From Macrostomum lignano (taxonomy: Eukaryota): a stretch of DNA of 64,000 nucleotides. Made by a program: the position numbers and the translations under genes. The stretch is from the NCBI GenBank assembly GCA_002269645.1, contig NIVC01001797.1:124001-188000 (forward strand). Direction: 5' to 3'. Under the pieces are notes generated by a model. That model was not told the origin of the DNA. It did no database searches and saw nothing but the letters and a program-made list of their open reading frames with translations. Positions 52,013 through 63,753 of this stretch are shown in pieces; positions within the stretch are counted from its first letter, which is position 1; each line of letters begins with the position of its first letter.

Positions 52013-53830
52013 TGGCTGATCCAGGCCACATTTTTAGCATCCCCCCTCCCCCATTGCAAAGGCCTAGCACCCTCTGCCTGGCTGCCCCCCAGTTGAAGCT
52101 GTGAGCCTGTGACCATGTGACCCCCCCACAGATCACAGATTGCGTGTCTGGATCGCATAGGTCAGTCGTTGGCCTGACCTCAGCTGGTGGGACAATTGTC
52201 GTCGGAGCAGATGGGCGACCTGCGATGCTGAAAAGGGGTAAAAAATAATATGACTCTGAAAATAATTAACCAAATGAAACTGAAGGATAGCCCTTTTATT
52301 ATATTTACAAAATCATTTTTTGAAATTGGCAACTTGCACAGGGAAAATAAGTTGCCAGATTGGCCTCTGATGGCAAAAATCCAGTTGCCAATAAGATTTT
52401 CAAGGGGCCAAAAATGCCATATAGCCAAAAAACTAGACAACAATAATGTTATATTAGGGCCTAGCTAGCCCTAGACCTATTCTTGTTTAGAATATTTCAT
52501 AGGCCTAGTCTTATCCTAGGCCTTGCATAGGCCAAAGCATAGATTTTTTTGAGCTGAGCTCAACTCAAGTATTTTGTATTCTAGGACCATTATTCATTAG
52601 ACTGTTTTACGTAACATAATTATAGTCTATCACATATAATTATTATCATAATAGTTATAAACAATAAATGACTATAATTAGGAAGGTAATATAGATTATA
52701 GCCATTAGACATAGGTTGCACCATAGATAGGGCCTACTATATTTTGTATATATAGCATGCACCAAAATATTTTTAGAGAACAATCTAGACCTAGTGCTAG
52801 GCCTACCTAAATACCAATTATGGACTTTTTCTATGCCTTAGTTCATAGTAAGTAAAGGCAAAGCTATAAAAATATAAAGCATATATTAATATATATAAAT
52901 AAGACATTTATATTTATACAATACTGTTGAATAAAGTACTTTGCATTTTGAATATTCACTTAAGTACTTATATCTATTTTATAACATAGCTACATTCTAG
53001 ATTATGTTAGATGCATCCCATATACTAAAACTAAATGCTTATAAAATATATGCACCAAACTAAATATATGTCAAAAATGCTATTATGAACATGAAGGATA
53101 TCTTTTGGAATATGATTAGACTATATAAACAAATATAGCTATAGAGTAGACTATAGTTTCCTATTTAACCTATTAATAATATCACAATAAATTTTGGTCC
53201 TATGGGCCTAGGCTCTCTAATTAGACCTAGGCCTATATAGTGACTTAACAATTTTGTTTTAATAGGGGGCCTAGTCTTTGTAGGCCTAAAGCTTTGCATA
53301 AAAATATATTTTAGGTTTTATTATATTTTATAATTAATTTTGAGCTAGAAATTGCTATATCATTGAATTTGTTAACTAATAATATCTAATATATGAGCAT
53401 ATATAAAGATTATAAATGATTAATTAATATTTTTGAGATTAGATGGGATTGCAATCCTATTCTAGATATTATCAACTTTTCTAACTTGAATAAATCAGAG
53501 GCTTAATAGTATTAAGGGTAGAGTTAAAATGTTTTATTGATACTAGCTAGCATCCTAGTTTTCAATTTTGCATCTTGAATTTGGACCTAGGAAGTCAATG
53601 ACTATGATTCTAGCACTTAGAACCACATATTAATGCTGATATGTTAAGGCTTACAGTGGAATTAATGGCATGTCAAGGCTGAGAGGTCAAGCAATGCAAT
53701 GTGTAGTTTATTCAAACAAGAATTATTCTATTCTATTTGTTGCCTCCCTAACTGGGGGCGCTGATTGCTAGTATATTACTAACAGTAGCTGATAAAAACT
53801 TGATGATCTTCTGTGCAGAGGCAGCTCGAG

Positions 53831-54678
53831 ATGTCTAAGTGGTTCACAGGACTAGCTGGCAAAGCTGAGGACTTTCTCAACACTCTGGACACCTCCGCTG
53901 CCAGCGCTCTCAACAAATCTGGCCATGCTGACCCCGAATCGGCCGCTAGCAGCTCCTCCCCCGCCGCCGGCCTCCCACCTCCGCCGCTGCCGCCACCTCC
54001 GCTGGTGGTGGATCCGCCCAGCCGGCACAGTCCGCTTGGCCGGAGCCCCAGCCAGGCCTCTCTTGGCTCCGCAGCCGCCCGGCCTGCCCCGCCATCTGCC
54101 AGCGGCTCAAATAAGCGAGTTGATAAAGATGCGGAACTAATGGATCTGTTGAATTCTGAAGCGCCATTGGACTCTCTGGTTAGCAGCAGGCAGTCAGCTG
54201 GTTCGATGCTATCGTCTACCCCAACTCCGACTGGCGCAGAATCAGCGCCGCCGCAGCCACCGCCGCCAAAGGTGTCAGCTCAGCACAGCCGGCAGTCTAG
54301 CGTGGCTTCCAGCTTCTCCAAATATTCGGCCTCCGAGATCAAAGCCGAAATGGCGGCGGCGGCGGCAGCGGCATCGTCGTCTGCTCACGTCTCGACGTCG
54401 GTCACTGGCGCAGTTTCGACATTCGTGTCTCAGTCGGCGCCGACGCCCGCTGCCTCCGCCTCGGCCGCCTCCGTAGTGATGACTGAGGACAATCCGCCAG
54501 CGGAGATCGAGAACAAACTGTTGCGCAGCGAGATCTCCTCGCTAAATCAAGAGTTATCTTCGTTGTTAAAGAGAAATCAATCTGCTCAGGATGCTTCACG
54601 GCGGCTCGAGGCTGATTTGACCAAATGTCGGCAACAGTTGAAACAGGCCGAGGAGGCTGTTGCAGCTGGTCAGGCAAG
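53831..54678 (+). CDS. GOLGA5: Golgin-84 (GOLGA5), coding exon 1
   Basis: MSKWFTGLAGKAEDFLNTLD matches the golgin-84 N-terminal MSWF-LAGKAE motif; GTGAAT donor, phase 2. Confidence 0.92.
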
Positions 54679-54879
54679 GTGAATTTCATTTGATTTTTTT
54701 ATTATACATTTGTTAACTGTTTCAGAAGACTATCTTCAATGCCGGTAGTGCGAATGTTCGTTTCTAGTTCTGACGCATCTTATTATCTTACTTCACAACT
54801 GTTGCATACAGTAGTCTCCTTAACTTCTTATTCACTTTTTTATATTTGCGTGCCATTGTCTAGCCTGCCTCTTCCTTAC

Positions 54880-55135
54880 CTACCCCTCCTCATCTACCCC
54901 TCTTCTCATCTACCCCTCCTCATCTACCCCTCCTCATCTACCCCTCTTCTCATCTACCCCTCCTCATCTACCCCTCCTCATCTACCCCTCCTCATCTACC
55001 ACTCATCTACCCCTCCTTATCTACCCCTCCTCATCTACCCCTCATCTACCCCTCCTCATCTACCCCTCCTCATCTACCCCTCCTCATCTTCCCCTCGTCA
55101 TCCACCCCTCCTTATCTACCCCTCATCTATCTCCT
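54880..55135. repeat. CT-rich repeat (CTCATCTACCCCT-type) in GOLGA5 intron 1
   Basis: Direct periodicity of 12-15 bp. Confidence 0.85.
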
Positions 55136-55232
55136 CCCCGCCACACCTATTCCTAATCCTGCAGCATCTATCCTGTCCTAAATTTTCGCTTCCTCACTCC
55201 CCTATCGCGCATTCTCAATTGTAACGCCGCAG

Positions 55233-55449
55233 GGAGCAGCAGCTGTCCGATCTGCTGCACAGCCGGGACGCTCAAATAGCCGAGATGTCCAGCGCTCACG
55301 AGGCTCTGCGCGATCAACTCGAATTGATGCGCGCCGACAGCACCCGGTCGGCCGGCTTTCAACAAGCCGCTTTCGACGAGCTTAACGAACGGCTGCGCCA
55401 GGCCGAGGCTCGACTAGAGCAGGAGCGAGCGGCTTCAGCCAGCCTGCAG
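55233..55449 (+). CDS. GOLGA5: Golgin-84, exon 2 (coiled coil)
   Basis: CGCAG acceptor phase 2; donor GTTCCA phase 0. Confidence 0.85.
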
Positions 55450-55497
55450 GTTCCAGTCCGCTGGGCTTGTCTTGTTGCCGAATGGAACTTATAAACG

Positions 55498-56455
55498 CCT
55501 GACTTAGTGTGTCTTAGTGTCTGACTTAATGTGTCTTAGTGTCTGACTTAATGTGTCTTAGTGTCTGACTTAGTGTGTCTTAGAGTCTGACTTAATGTGT
55601 CTTAGTGTCTGACTTAATGTGTCTTAGTGTCTGACTTAATGTGTCTTAGTGTCTGACTTAGTGTGTCTTAGAGTCTGACTTAATGTGTCTTAGTGTCTGA
55701 CTTAGTGTGTCTTAGAGTCTGACTTAGTGTGTCTTAGTGTCTGACTTAGTGTGTCTTAGAGTCTGACTTAATGTGTCTTAGTGTCTGACTTAGTGTGTCT
55801 TAGAGTCTGACTTAATGTGTCTTAGTGTCTGACTTAGTGTGTCTTAGAGTCTGACTTAATGTGTCTTAGTGTCTGACTTAATGTGTTTTAGTGTCTTACT
55901 TAATGTGTCTTAGTGTCTGACTTAGTGTGTCTTAGAGTCTGACTTAATGTGTCTTAGTGTCTGACTTAGTGTGTCTTAGAGTCTGACTTAGTGTGTCTTA
56001 GTGCCTGACTTAATGTGTCTTAGTGTCTGACTTAATGTGTCTTAGTGTCTGACTTAGTGTGTCTTAGTGTCTGACTTAATGTGTCTTAGAGTCTGACTTA
56101 GTGTGTCTTAGTGTCTGACTTAGTGTGTCTTAGAGTCTGACTTAATGTGTCTTAGAGTCTGACTTAGTGTGTCTTAGTGCCTGACTTAATGTGTCTTAGA
56201 GTCTGACTTAGTGTGTCTTAGTGTCTGACTTAATGTGTCTTGTCTTAGTGTCTTAATGTCTTAATGTGACTTAGTGTCTGACTTAATGTGTCTTAGTGTC
56301 TGACTTAATGTGTCTTAGTGTCTGACTTAATGTGTCTTAGTGTCTGACTTAGTGTGTCTTAGTGTCTGACTTAATGTGTCTTAGTGTCTGACTTAATGTG
56401 TCTTAGTGTCTGACTTAATGAGTGTCTTAGTGTCTGTCTCAGTGTGTCTTAGTTT
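55498..56455. repeat. Minisatellite, 22-bp unit GACTTA(G/A)TGTGTCTTAGTGTCT
   Basis: Period 22 (55501 vs 55523). Confidence 0.95.
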
Positions 56456-56577
56456 CTGACTCTGTGAGTCCAGAGTGAGTTTTTGACTAACTTTAATTGA
56501 CCTATGATCTATCTCAAGTTGTCATGCCAATCAATTAATTGGTCACCAACCCTCAACCCCCCCCCCCCTTCACATAG

Positions 56578-56769
56578 GCCGACCTTCGCCGACTCCGCCA
56601 GGACGCCGAGCAGCAGCAGGCGATGAGCGCGCAGGCTGGTCGCGCCCTGGCCGAAGAGCAGCGCCGACAGCGCGCACAGGCCCTGGAATTGGAGGCCGCT
56701 CAGCGCCGCTGCCAGCAGGCTCAGGCTGAGCTGCGCGACTATAAAGAGAAGGCTGGCAGGATTCTGCAG
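56578..56769 (+). CDS. GOLGA5: Golgin-84, exon 3
   Basis: ELRDYKEKAGRILQ parallels ELxDYKQKATRILQ; 192 nt, phase 0-0. Confidence 0.92.
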
Positions 56770-56817
56770 GTGAGACTTGTGGCCTAGTTTATTGAGCTGG
56801 GTTGACAGTGCCACCTT

Positions 56818-57245
56818 GGTGAATGTGACAGATTGGTGTTGAATGTGACAGATTGGTGTTGAATGTGACAGATTGGTATTGAATGTGACAGATTGGAATT
56901 GAATGTGACAGATTGGTATTGAATGTGACAGATTGGTATTGAATGTGACAGATTGGTATTGAATGTGACAGATTAGTGTTGAATGTGACAGATTAGTGTT
57001 GAATGTGACAGATTGGTGTTGAATGTGACAGATTGGTATTGAATGTGACAGATTAGTATTGAATGTGACAGATTGGTATTGAATGTGACAGATTGGTAGT
57101 ATTGAATGTGACAGATTGGTAGTATTGAATGTGACAGATTGGTAGTATTGAATGTGACAGATTGGTAGTATTGAATGTGACAGATTGGTAGTATTGAATG
57201 TGACAGATTGGTAGTATTGAATGTGACAGATTGGTAGTATTGAAT
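56818..57245. repeat. Minisatellite, 20/23-bp unit GAATGTGACAGATTGGT(AGT)ATT
   Basis: Direct periodicity. Confidence 0.95.
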
Positions 57246-57296
57246 CAGACAAAATGATATTTTAAATGCAAAACATCCAAACGCTCCCAACCGCAG

Positions 57297-57629
57297 GTGA
57301 AGGACAAAATGATCGCCACACTAAAGAAAGGCAACGGCAGCGAAGGTGGCAACGGTGGCGGCGGCCTCCCAGACGCTGCTGATGCCGCCGTAGGCAGTTC
57401 AGTAGCTGAACTGTCTGCCGAAGTTGACGCCCTTCGACAGGAGCGCGAACTGCTGCGCGAAGAGGCCCAGCGAGCTAAACTAGCCGCCGAAGGCCTTCGC
57501 TGCGATGTTGAAGATCTCGAAGCTCAGATGCAGTCGGAGAGCGAAACCTTTCGCAAGACAATGTCGGGATTGGAGGCTCAGCTGGAGTCTGAGAGGCTGG
57601 CCAGGCTGGCTGCGGAAGAGGAGGCCCAG
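57297..57629 (+). CDS. GOLGA5: Golgin-84, exon 4
   Basis: VKDKMIATLKKG continues RILQ-xKEKLIxSLKEG; 333 nt; donor GTTTGA. Confidence 0.9.
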
Positions 57630-57667
57630 GTTTGACTTGCTTTACTCTTGTGCTTGTGATTCACTCT

Positions 57668-58602
57668 GGCATGATTAGCTGTCATGTCACACTAACATGA
57701 TTAGCTGTCATGTCACACTAACATGATTAGCTGTCATGTCACACTAACATGATTAGCTGTCATGTCACACTAACATGATTAGCTGTCATGTCACACTAAC
57801 ATGATTAGCTGTCATGTCACACTAACATGATTAGCTGTCATGTCACACTAACATGATTAGCTGTCATGTCACACTAACATGATTAGCTGTCATGTCACAC
57901 TAACATGATAAGCTGTCATATTACTTGATTGATTATGATTGGCTGTCATGTCACACTAACATGATAAGCTGTCATATTACTTGATTGATTATGATTTGCT
58001 GTCATGTCACACTAACATGATAAGCTGTCATATTACTTGATTGATTATGATTTGCTGTCATGTCACACTAACATGATAAGCTGTCATATTACTTGATTGA
58101 TTATGATTTGCTGTCATGTCACACTAACATGATAAGCTGTCATATTACTTGATTGATTATGATTTGCTGTCATGTCACACTAACATGATAAGCTGTCATA
58201 TTACTTGATTGATTATGATTTGCTGTCATGTCACACTAACATGATAAGCTGTCATATTACTTGATTGATTATGATTTGCTGTCATGTCACACTAACATGA
58301 TAAGCTGTCATATTACTTGATTGATTATGATTTGCTGTCATGTCACACTAACATGATAAGCTGTCATATTACTTGATTGATTATGATTGGCTGTCATGTT
58401 GCCATGACATGATTGGCTGTCATGTTGCCATGACATGATTGGCTGTCATGTTGCCATGACATGATTGGCTGCCATGTTTGCCATGATATGATTGGCTGTC
58501 ATGTTGCCATGACATGATTGGCTGCCATGTTTGCCATGATATGATTGGCTGTGATGTCACCAACATGATTGGCTGCCACGTTGCCATGACATGATTGGCT
58601 AT
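57668..58602. repeat. Compound minisatellite: 26-bp unit, then 56-bp dimer, then a 26-bp variant
   Basis: Periods 26 (57671 vs 57697) and 56 (57901 vs 57957). Confidence 0.93.
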
Positions 58603-58619
58603 TCCCCTCCCCACTACAG

Positions 58620-58841
58620 GCGGCCAGACGCGAGGCCAGCCAGCAACGGGATCTGTGGCTTCGCGACAAATCCGAGCTCAGCCAACGCCTCGCCCAAGCC
58701 GAGGCCGAGCTTGACGCGCTAAGGCGCCAATCGGCGCCCCAGTTGCTCCGGTCTGGTGCTGGCACTTCTGTCGCATCTGGCGGTCAGGATGGCGGCGAAT
58801 TAGAAGCCAGAATTCGATCGCTAACGGAGAGTCTGATCCAG
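58620..58841 (+). CDS. GOLGA5: Golgin-84, exon 5
   Basis: ELEARIRSLTESLIQ parallels ELENRLHQLTETLIQ; 222 nt. Confidence 0.92.
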
Positions 58842-59007
58842 GTGAGCGGTTAGAACTGCAGTAAGGGCTATCTAGGCTCAAACTAGGGCCTGTGGGATGA
58901 TTTCGCCGACGACTACACTATATAATCTGTGACTTCCATTGGTTGGCCAATCGTAATTTAGACTCAAATTAAATACTTTTTTAACCCCGATACTCCAATC
59001 TGAGCAG

Positions 59008-59204
59008 AAGCAGACGGCTCTGGAGTCGAGCAACGCCGAGAAGGCCAGTCTCAGACTGATGGTGGAGCAGCTGGAGTCTCGCCTATCAGAACGGACCCAT
59101 CACGCCACGTCGCTTGCCCAGGAGTCGGGCCTGTCGTCCAGATCTTCGCAGGCGCCCCAGTCTGATTATATCCGCATTCACATGCAGGATCCGCCCTATG
59201 CAAG
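59008..59204 (+). CDS. GOLGA5: Golgin-84, exon 6
   Basis: KQTALESSNAEKASLRLMVEQLE; donor GTTTGT, phase 2. Confidence 0.9.
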
Positions 59205-59221
59205 GTTTGTTGGGTGATGCT

Positions 59222-60163
59222 GCGATCTAAGCAGTTGTCCATTGATCTAAGCAGCTGTCTATTATTGATCTAAACAGCAGTCTATTATTGATCTAAACAT
59301 CTGTCCATTGATCTAAACAGCTGTCCATTGATCTAAACAGCTGTCCATTGATCTAAGCAGTTGTCCATTGATCTAAACATCTGTCCATTGATCTAAGCAG
59401 TTGTCCATTGATCTAAACATCTGTCCATTGATCTAAGCAGTTGTCCATTGATCTAAACAGCTGTCCATTGATCTAAGCAGTTGTCCATTGATCTAAACAT
59501 CTGTCCATTGATCTAAGCAGTTGTCCATTGATCTAAACAGCTGTCCATTGATCTAAACAGCTGTCCATTGATCTAAACATCTGTCCATTGATCTAAACAT
59601 CTGTCCATTGATCTAAGCAGTTGTCCATTGATCTAAACAGTTGTCCATTGATCTAAGCAGTTGTCCATTGATCTAAACATCTGTCCATTGATCTAAACAT
59701 CTGTCCATTGATCTAAACATCTGTCCATTGATCTAAACAGCAGTCTATTATTGATCTAAACAGCAGTCTATTATTGATCTAAACATCTGTCCATTGATCT
59801 AAACAGCAGTCTATTATTGATCTAAACAGCAGTCTATTATTGATCTAAACATCTGTCCATTGATCTAAACAGCTGTCTATTATTGATCTAAACAGCAGTC
59901 TATTATTGATCTAAACATCTGTCCATTGATCTAAACAGCAGTCTATTATTGATCTAAACATCTGTCCATTGATCTAAACAGCTGTCTATTATTGATCTAA
60001 ACAGCAGTCTATTATTGATCTAAACATCTGTCCATTGATCTAAACAGCAGTCTATTATTGATCTAAACAGCTGTCTATTATTGATCTAAACGGCTGTCTA
60101 TTATTGATCTAAACAGCTGTCTATTATTGATCTAAACAGCAGTCTATTATTGATCTAAACAGC
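59222..60163. repeat. Minisatellite, 20/23-bp unit GATCTAAACAGCTGTC(C/TATT)ATT
   Basis: Direct periodicity; fills GOLGA5 intron 6. Confidence 0.95.
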
Positions 60164-60191
60164 ATTTTCAACACTCAAAAACATTTGCCAG

Positions 60192-60444
60192 ACACATGAA
60201 ACGGGCAGTGAACACGCTGGACAAGGCCGGAGTTAAACTAGGCGTATTCCTGCGCCGCTATCCAATGGCCCGGATGCTATTTTTAGCTTACATAGGCCTG
60301 CTTCACCTGTGGGTATTGCTGGTGCTGCTCACCTACCAGCCGGAGATGCACCAGCGCGGTTACAATGACGCTTTGCCTCAGCCGCCTGGCGCCCCGGCGC
60401 TCGCTTCCGCGGCTGGCAGCAGCTTGGCCTCAAACTCTAGCTGA
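60192..60444 (+). CDS. GOLGA5: Golgin-84, last exon with C-terminal transmembrane anchor
   Basis: LGVFLRRYPMARMLFLAYIGLLHLWVLLVLLTYQPEMH is the golgin-84 signature; the joined CDS is 2262 nt (753 aa). Confidence 0.96.
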
Positions 60445-60934
60445 TGTTTATATTGTTCTATATAGCCTACTTTCCTGTGGTTTGGTTCTGGCCAGTAGTA
60501 TAGTATGGATTTTAAAATATTAATTGACTTTTTCAACAATTGTCGCTTTCAGTTAAATTCATTTTTTATCTCTTCGTCGGTGACTGATGCATCTTGTACA
60601 TCTATAATATTATTGTAGAATCATATGTGAATTGTATTTTGCCTAAGATACTACTAACTATTCAGAATGCGCGCTGTCTATCCGGTCTGTAACTGGTCAC
60701 GGGGTGTAGAAATTCGCCTTACATACTTATTGATTAAATTGTTGACTAGTAAGCTAAGTGTATATAAACTGGCCCTCGAAATGCTAAACTGTTCCTTTTC
60801 TGTGATGCCTGCGGAGCACAAGTTTCAAGCCTTGATGTTAATAATCTGTTTATCTTTTCAAAACTGTCGGTTCCCTTGTAAAAAGCCTAGGTTGATAAGG
60901 ATATAATATTGAAGTGTTTAACTATTGTTAAAAT

Positions 60935-61805
60935 CCAGTCTGACACATTTCCCTACCTGAACCCAGTCTGACACAATGTCATGCCTGAACCCAGTCTGAT
61001 ACAATGTCATGCCTGAACCCAGTCTGATACAATGTCATGCCTGAACCCAGTCTGACACAATGTCATGCCTGAACCCAGTCTGACACAATGTCACGCCTGA
61101 ACCCAATCTGACACAATGTCACGCCTGAACCCAATCTGACACAATGTCATGCCTGAACCCAGTCTGATACAATGTCACGCCTGAACCCAATCTGACACAA
61201 TGTCATGCCTGAACCCAGTCTGACACAATGTCATGCCTGAACCCAGTCTGACACAATGTCATGCCTCAACCCAGTCTGACACAATGTCACGCCTGAACCC
61301 AATCTGACACAATGTCATGCCTGAACCCAGTCTGATACAATGTCACGCCTAAACCCAGTCTGACACAATGTCATGCCTGAACCCAGTCTGATACAATGTC
61401 ACGCCTAAACCCAGTCTGACACATTGTCACGCCTGAACCCAGTCTGACACAATATCACGCCTGAACCCAGTCTGACACAATGTCACGCCTGAACCCAGTC
61501 TGACACAATGTCACGCCTGAACCTAGTCTGACACAATGTCATGCCTGAACCCAGTCTGACACAATGTCATGTCTGAACCCAGTCTGACACAATGTCACGC
61601 CTGAACCCAGTCTGACACAATGTCACGCCTGAACCCAGTCTGACACAATGTCATGCCTGAACCCAGTCTGACACAATGTCACGCCTGAACCCAGTCTGAC
61701 ACAATGTCACGCCTGAACCCAGTCTGACACAATGTCATGCCTGAACCTAGTCTGACACAATGTCATGCCTGAACCCAGTCTGACATGTTTCCTTACCTGA
61801 ACCCT
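60935..61805. repeat. Minisatellite, 28-bp unit CCTGAACCCAGTCTGACACAATGTCA(T/C)G
   Basis: Period 28, about 30 copies. Confidence 0.95.
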
Positions 61806-61906
61806 GTCGGACACCTTTCTTGGTGGAACTTCAAATGCTATTTACTCTCCAGACCTGAAGGCTGTAATTACTATTTCATTTGATTACATTGTGTCCTTCA
61901 GTCGCC

Positions 61907-62415
61907 ATGGCAACGCCGGCCAAGCTTTTGATTGGCGAACGCTTCGACGGCAATGGCAATCTGCAAGCAGATCCCGTCTCCGCCGTGGCCGTTCCCAGCT
62001 TCTCTTTGATGACGGATTGTGCCGACAATTTAATTGACAGCTCGGCATCGTCGGCTTCGCATCAATTTCAGGAAATCTTTCCTCCCCTCGCCGACATCGA
62101 CATCGGCGCGTACGGAGACGACAGCGGCGGTGGCGGCGGAAGCGAGAGCTTCGACGCCGAGGACGCCGTGAACCGCCTGATTAGCTTGGCCAGTCCGTCG
62201 GCAGACTCGCCGGCGGTGCTGACTGCTGCACCAGCCGACTATGACAGCTCGGCGAACGGCGGCAATATCGGCGTCGAGCTGCTGCTCTCTGCCGGCTCCG
62301 AACTTGTGGCCGCCTCTGCCGAGTTCTGCCTGTGCGCCAACTGCGGCCTGTGCTGCCAAGGCGCTGACCGGATGCGGGCGCATAAAACCGCCAGCGGCCA
62401 TCTGGGCTTTCTCAG
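61907..62415 (+). CDS. C2H2-type zinc-finger protein, coding exon 1
   Basis: GCCATGG start; acidic N-terminus then CANC-x9-AHKTASGH; donor GTGTCA, phase 2. Confidence 0.78.
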
Positions 62416-62535
62416 GTGTCAGATGGTTGCTATGCTCATGTGTTTGCTGGGGGGGGTTGGGCTTCTGTAGCCGAGCAGTTCTTGAGCGAGGGTCGCTTCG
62501 CTAAGCAGTTTTACCTATCTATTATGTGTTTTTGT

Positions 62536-62566
62536 GTCTGTCTGTCTGTCTGTCTGTGTCTGTCTG

Positions 62567-62611
<45 letters not shown>

Positions 62612-62662
62612 TAGTGTCTGTCTGTCTGTCTGTCTTAGTGTCTGTCTGTCTGTCTGTCTTAG

Positions 62663-62703
<41 letters not shown>

Positions 62704-62750
62704 TAGTGTCTGTCTGTCTGTCTGTCTTAGTGTCTGTCTGTGTCTGTCTG

Positions 62751-62787
<37 letters not shown>

Positions 62788-62814
62788 TAGTGTCTGTCTG
62801 TCTGTCTGTCTTAG

Positions 62815-62875
<61 letters not shown>

Positions 62876-62878
62876 TAG

Positions 62879-62939
<61 letters not shown>

Positions 62940-62942
62940 TAG

Positions 62943-63003
<61 letters not shown>

Positions 63004-63073
63004 TAGTGTCTGTCTTAGTGTCTGTCTGTCTGTCTGTCTGTTTGTCTGCCTGTCTGTTTGTCTGTCTGTCTGC

Positions 63074-63104
<31 letters not shown>

Positions 63105-63117
63105 CCTGTCTGTCTGC

Positions 63118-63154
<37 letters not shown>

Positions 63155-63155
63155 C
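62536..63155. repeat. (TCTG)n microsatellite with many TAGT interruptions
   Basis: Runs up to the acceptor at 63169. Confidence 0.96.
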
Positions 63156-63169
63156 ATCTCCTCCCCCAG

Positions 63170-63737
63170 AGCCGACCCAGCCGACACATTCAAATGCGCC
63201 CAGTGCGCGGATCAGTTGGAATCCCGCCAGGCCGTGCTCCGCCACGTCGCTCTGCACGGTCATGAGCGCTACCAGAAGAAGCGCCCGAAGATGACGGCGC
63301 CGCCTGCGGGTGCGGCTGTGGCGGCAGCGCCGAGCGCGCCATCCGGGCCCTTTGACTGCGCCGTGTGCGGCCGCGGCCTCCCCGCGGTGTCGGACCTGAC
63401 AGCGCACGCCGCCCAGACCGGCCATTCGCAGTTCAAAGCCCAGCGCCGTCTCAGCCGAGGCCAGGAAGCTCTTCCAGCACAGTCGAAGCCGGCCGAGCCG
63501 CCGGCTGCAGTCGGAAGCTCGCGGCCTTCCCCAGTGGTGACTCTGGGCCCGTCCGAGCAGCTGTCCGTGTGCCTGCAGTGCACAGCCTGGACTGCCGGAG
63601 TTGTTGCTCAGAATGAGCACGGCAAACGGACTGGCCATTATTCGTTTCAGACTGTTCAGCACCGGAGCGGCGGCAGCGGCGGGCCGACCTCCTACAAGTG
63701 TCTGCTGTGCCACCAGCGGATGAGCACGCCTGGACAG
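63170..63737 (+). CDS. C2H2-type zinc-finger protein, exon 2 (gene continues beyond the window)
   Basis: CCCCCAG acceptor phase 2; FKCAQC...HVALHGH, FDCAVC...HAAQTGH, CLQC...HGKRTGH, start of YKCLLC; GTGAGC donor. Confidence 0.85.
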
Positions 63738-63753
63738 GTGAGCTTGTGGGCGC

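Noticed and set aside
56509-57290. Minus-strand 247-aa and 105-aa ORFs
   Set aside because: 20/23-bp repeat plus the antisense of GOLGA5 exon 3.
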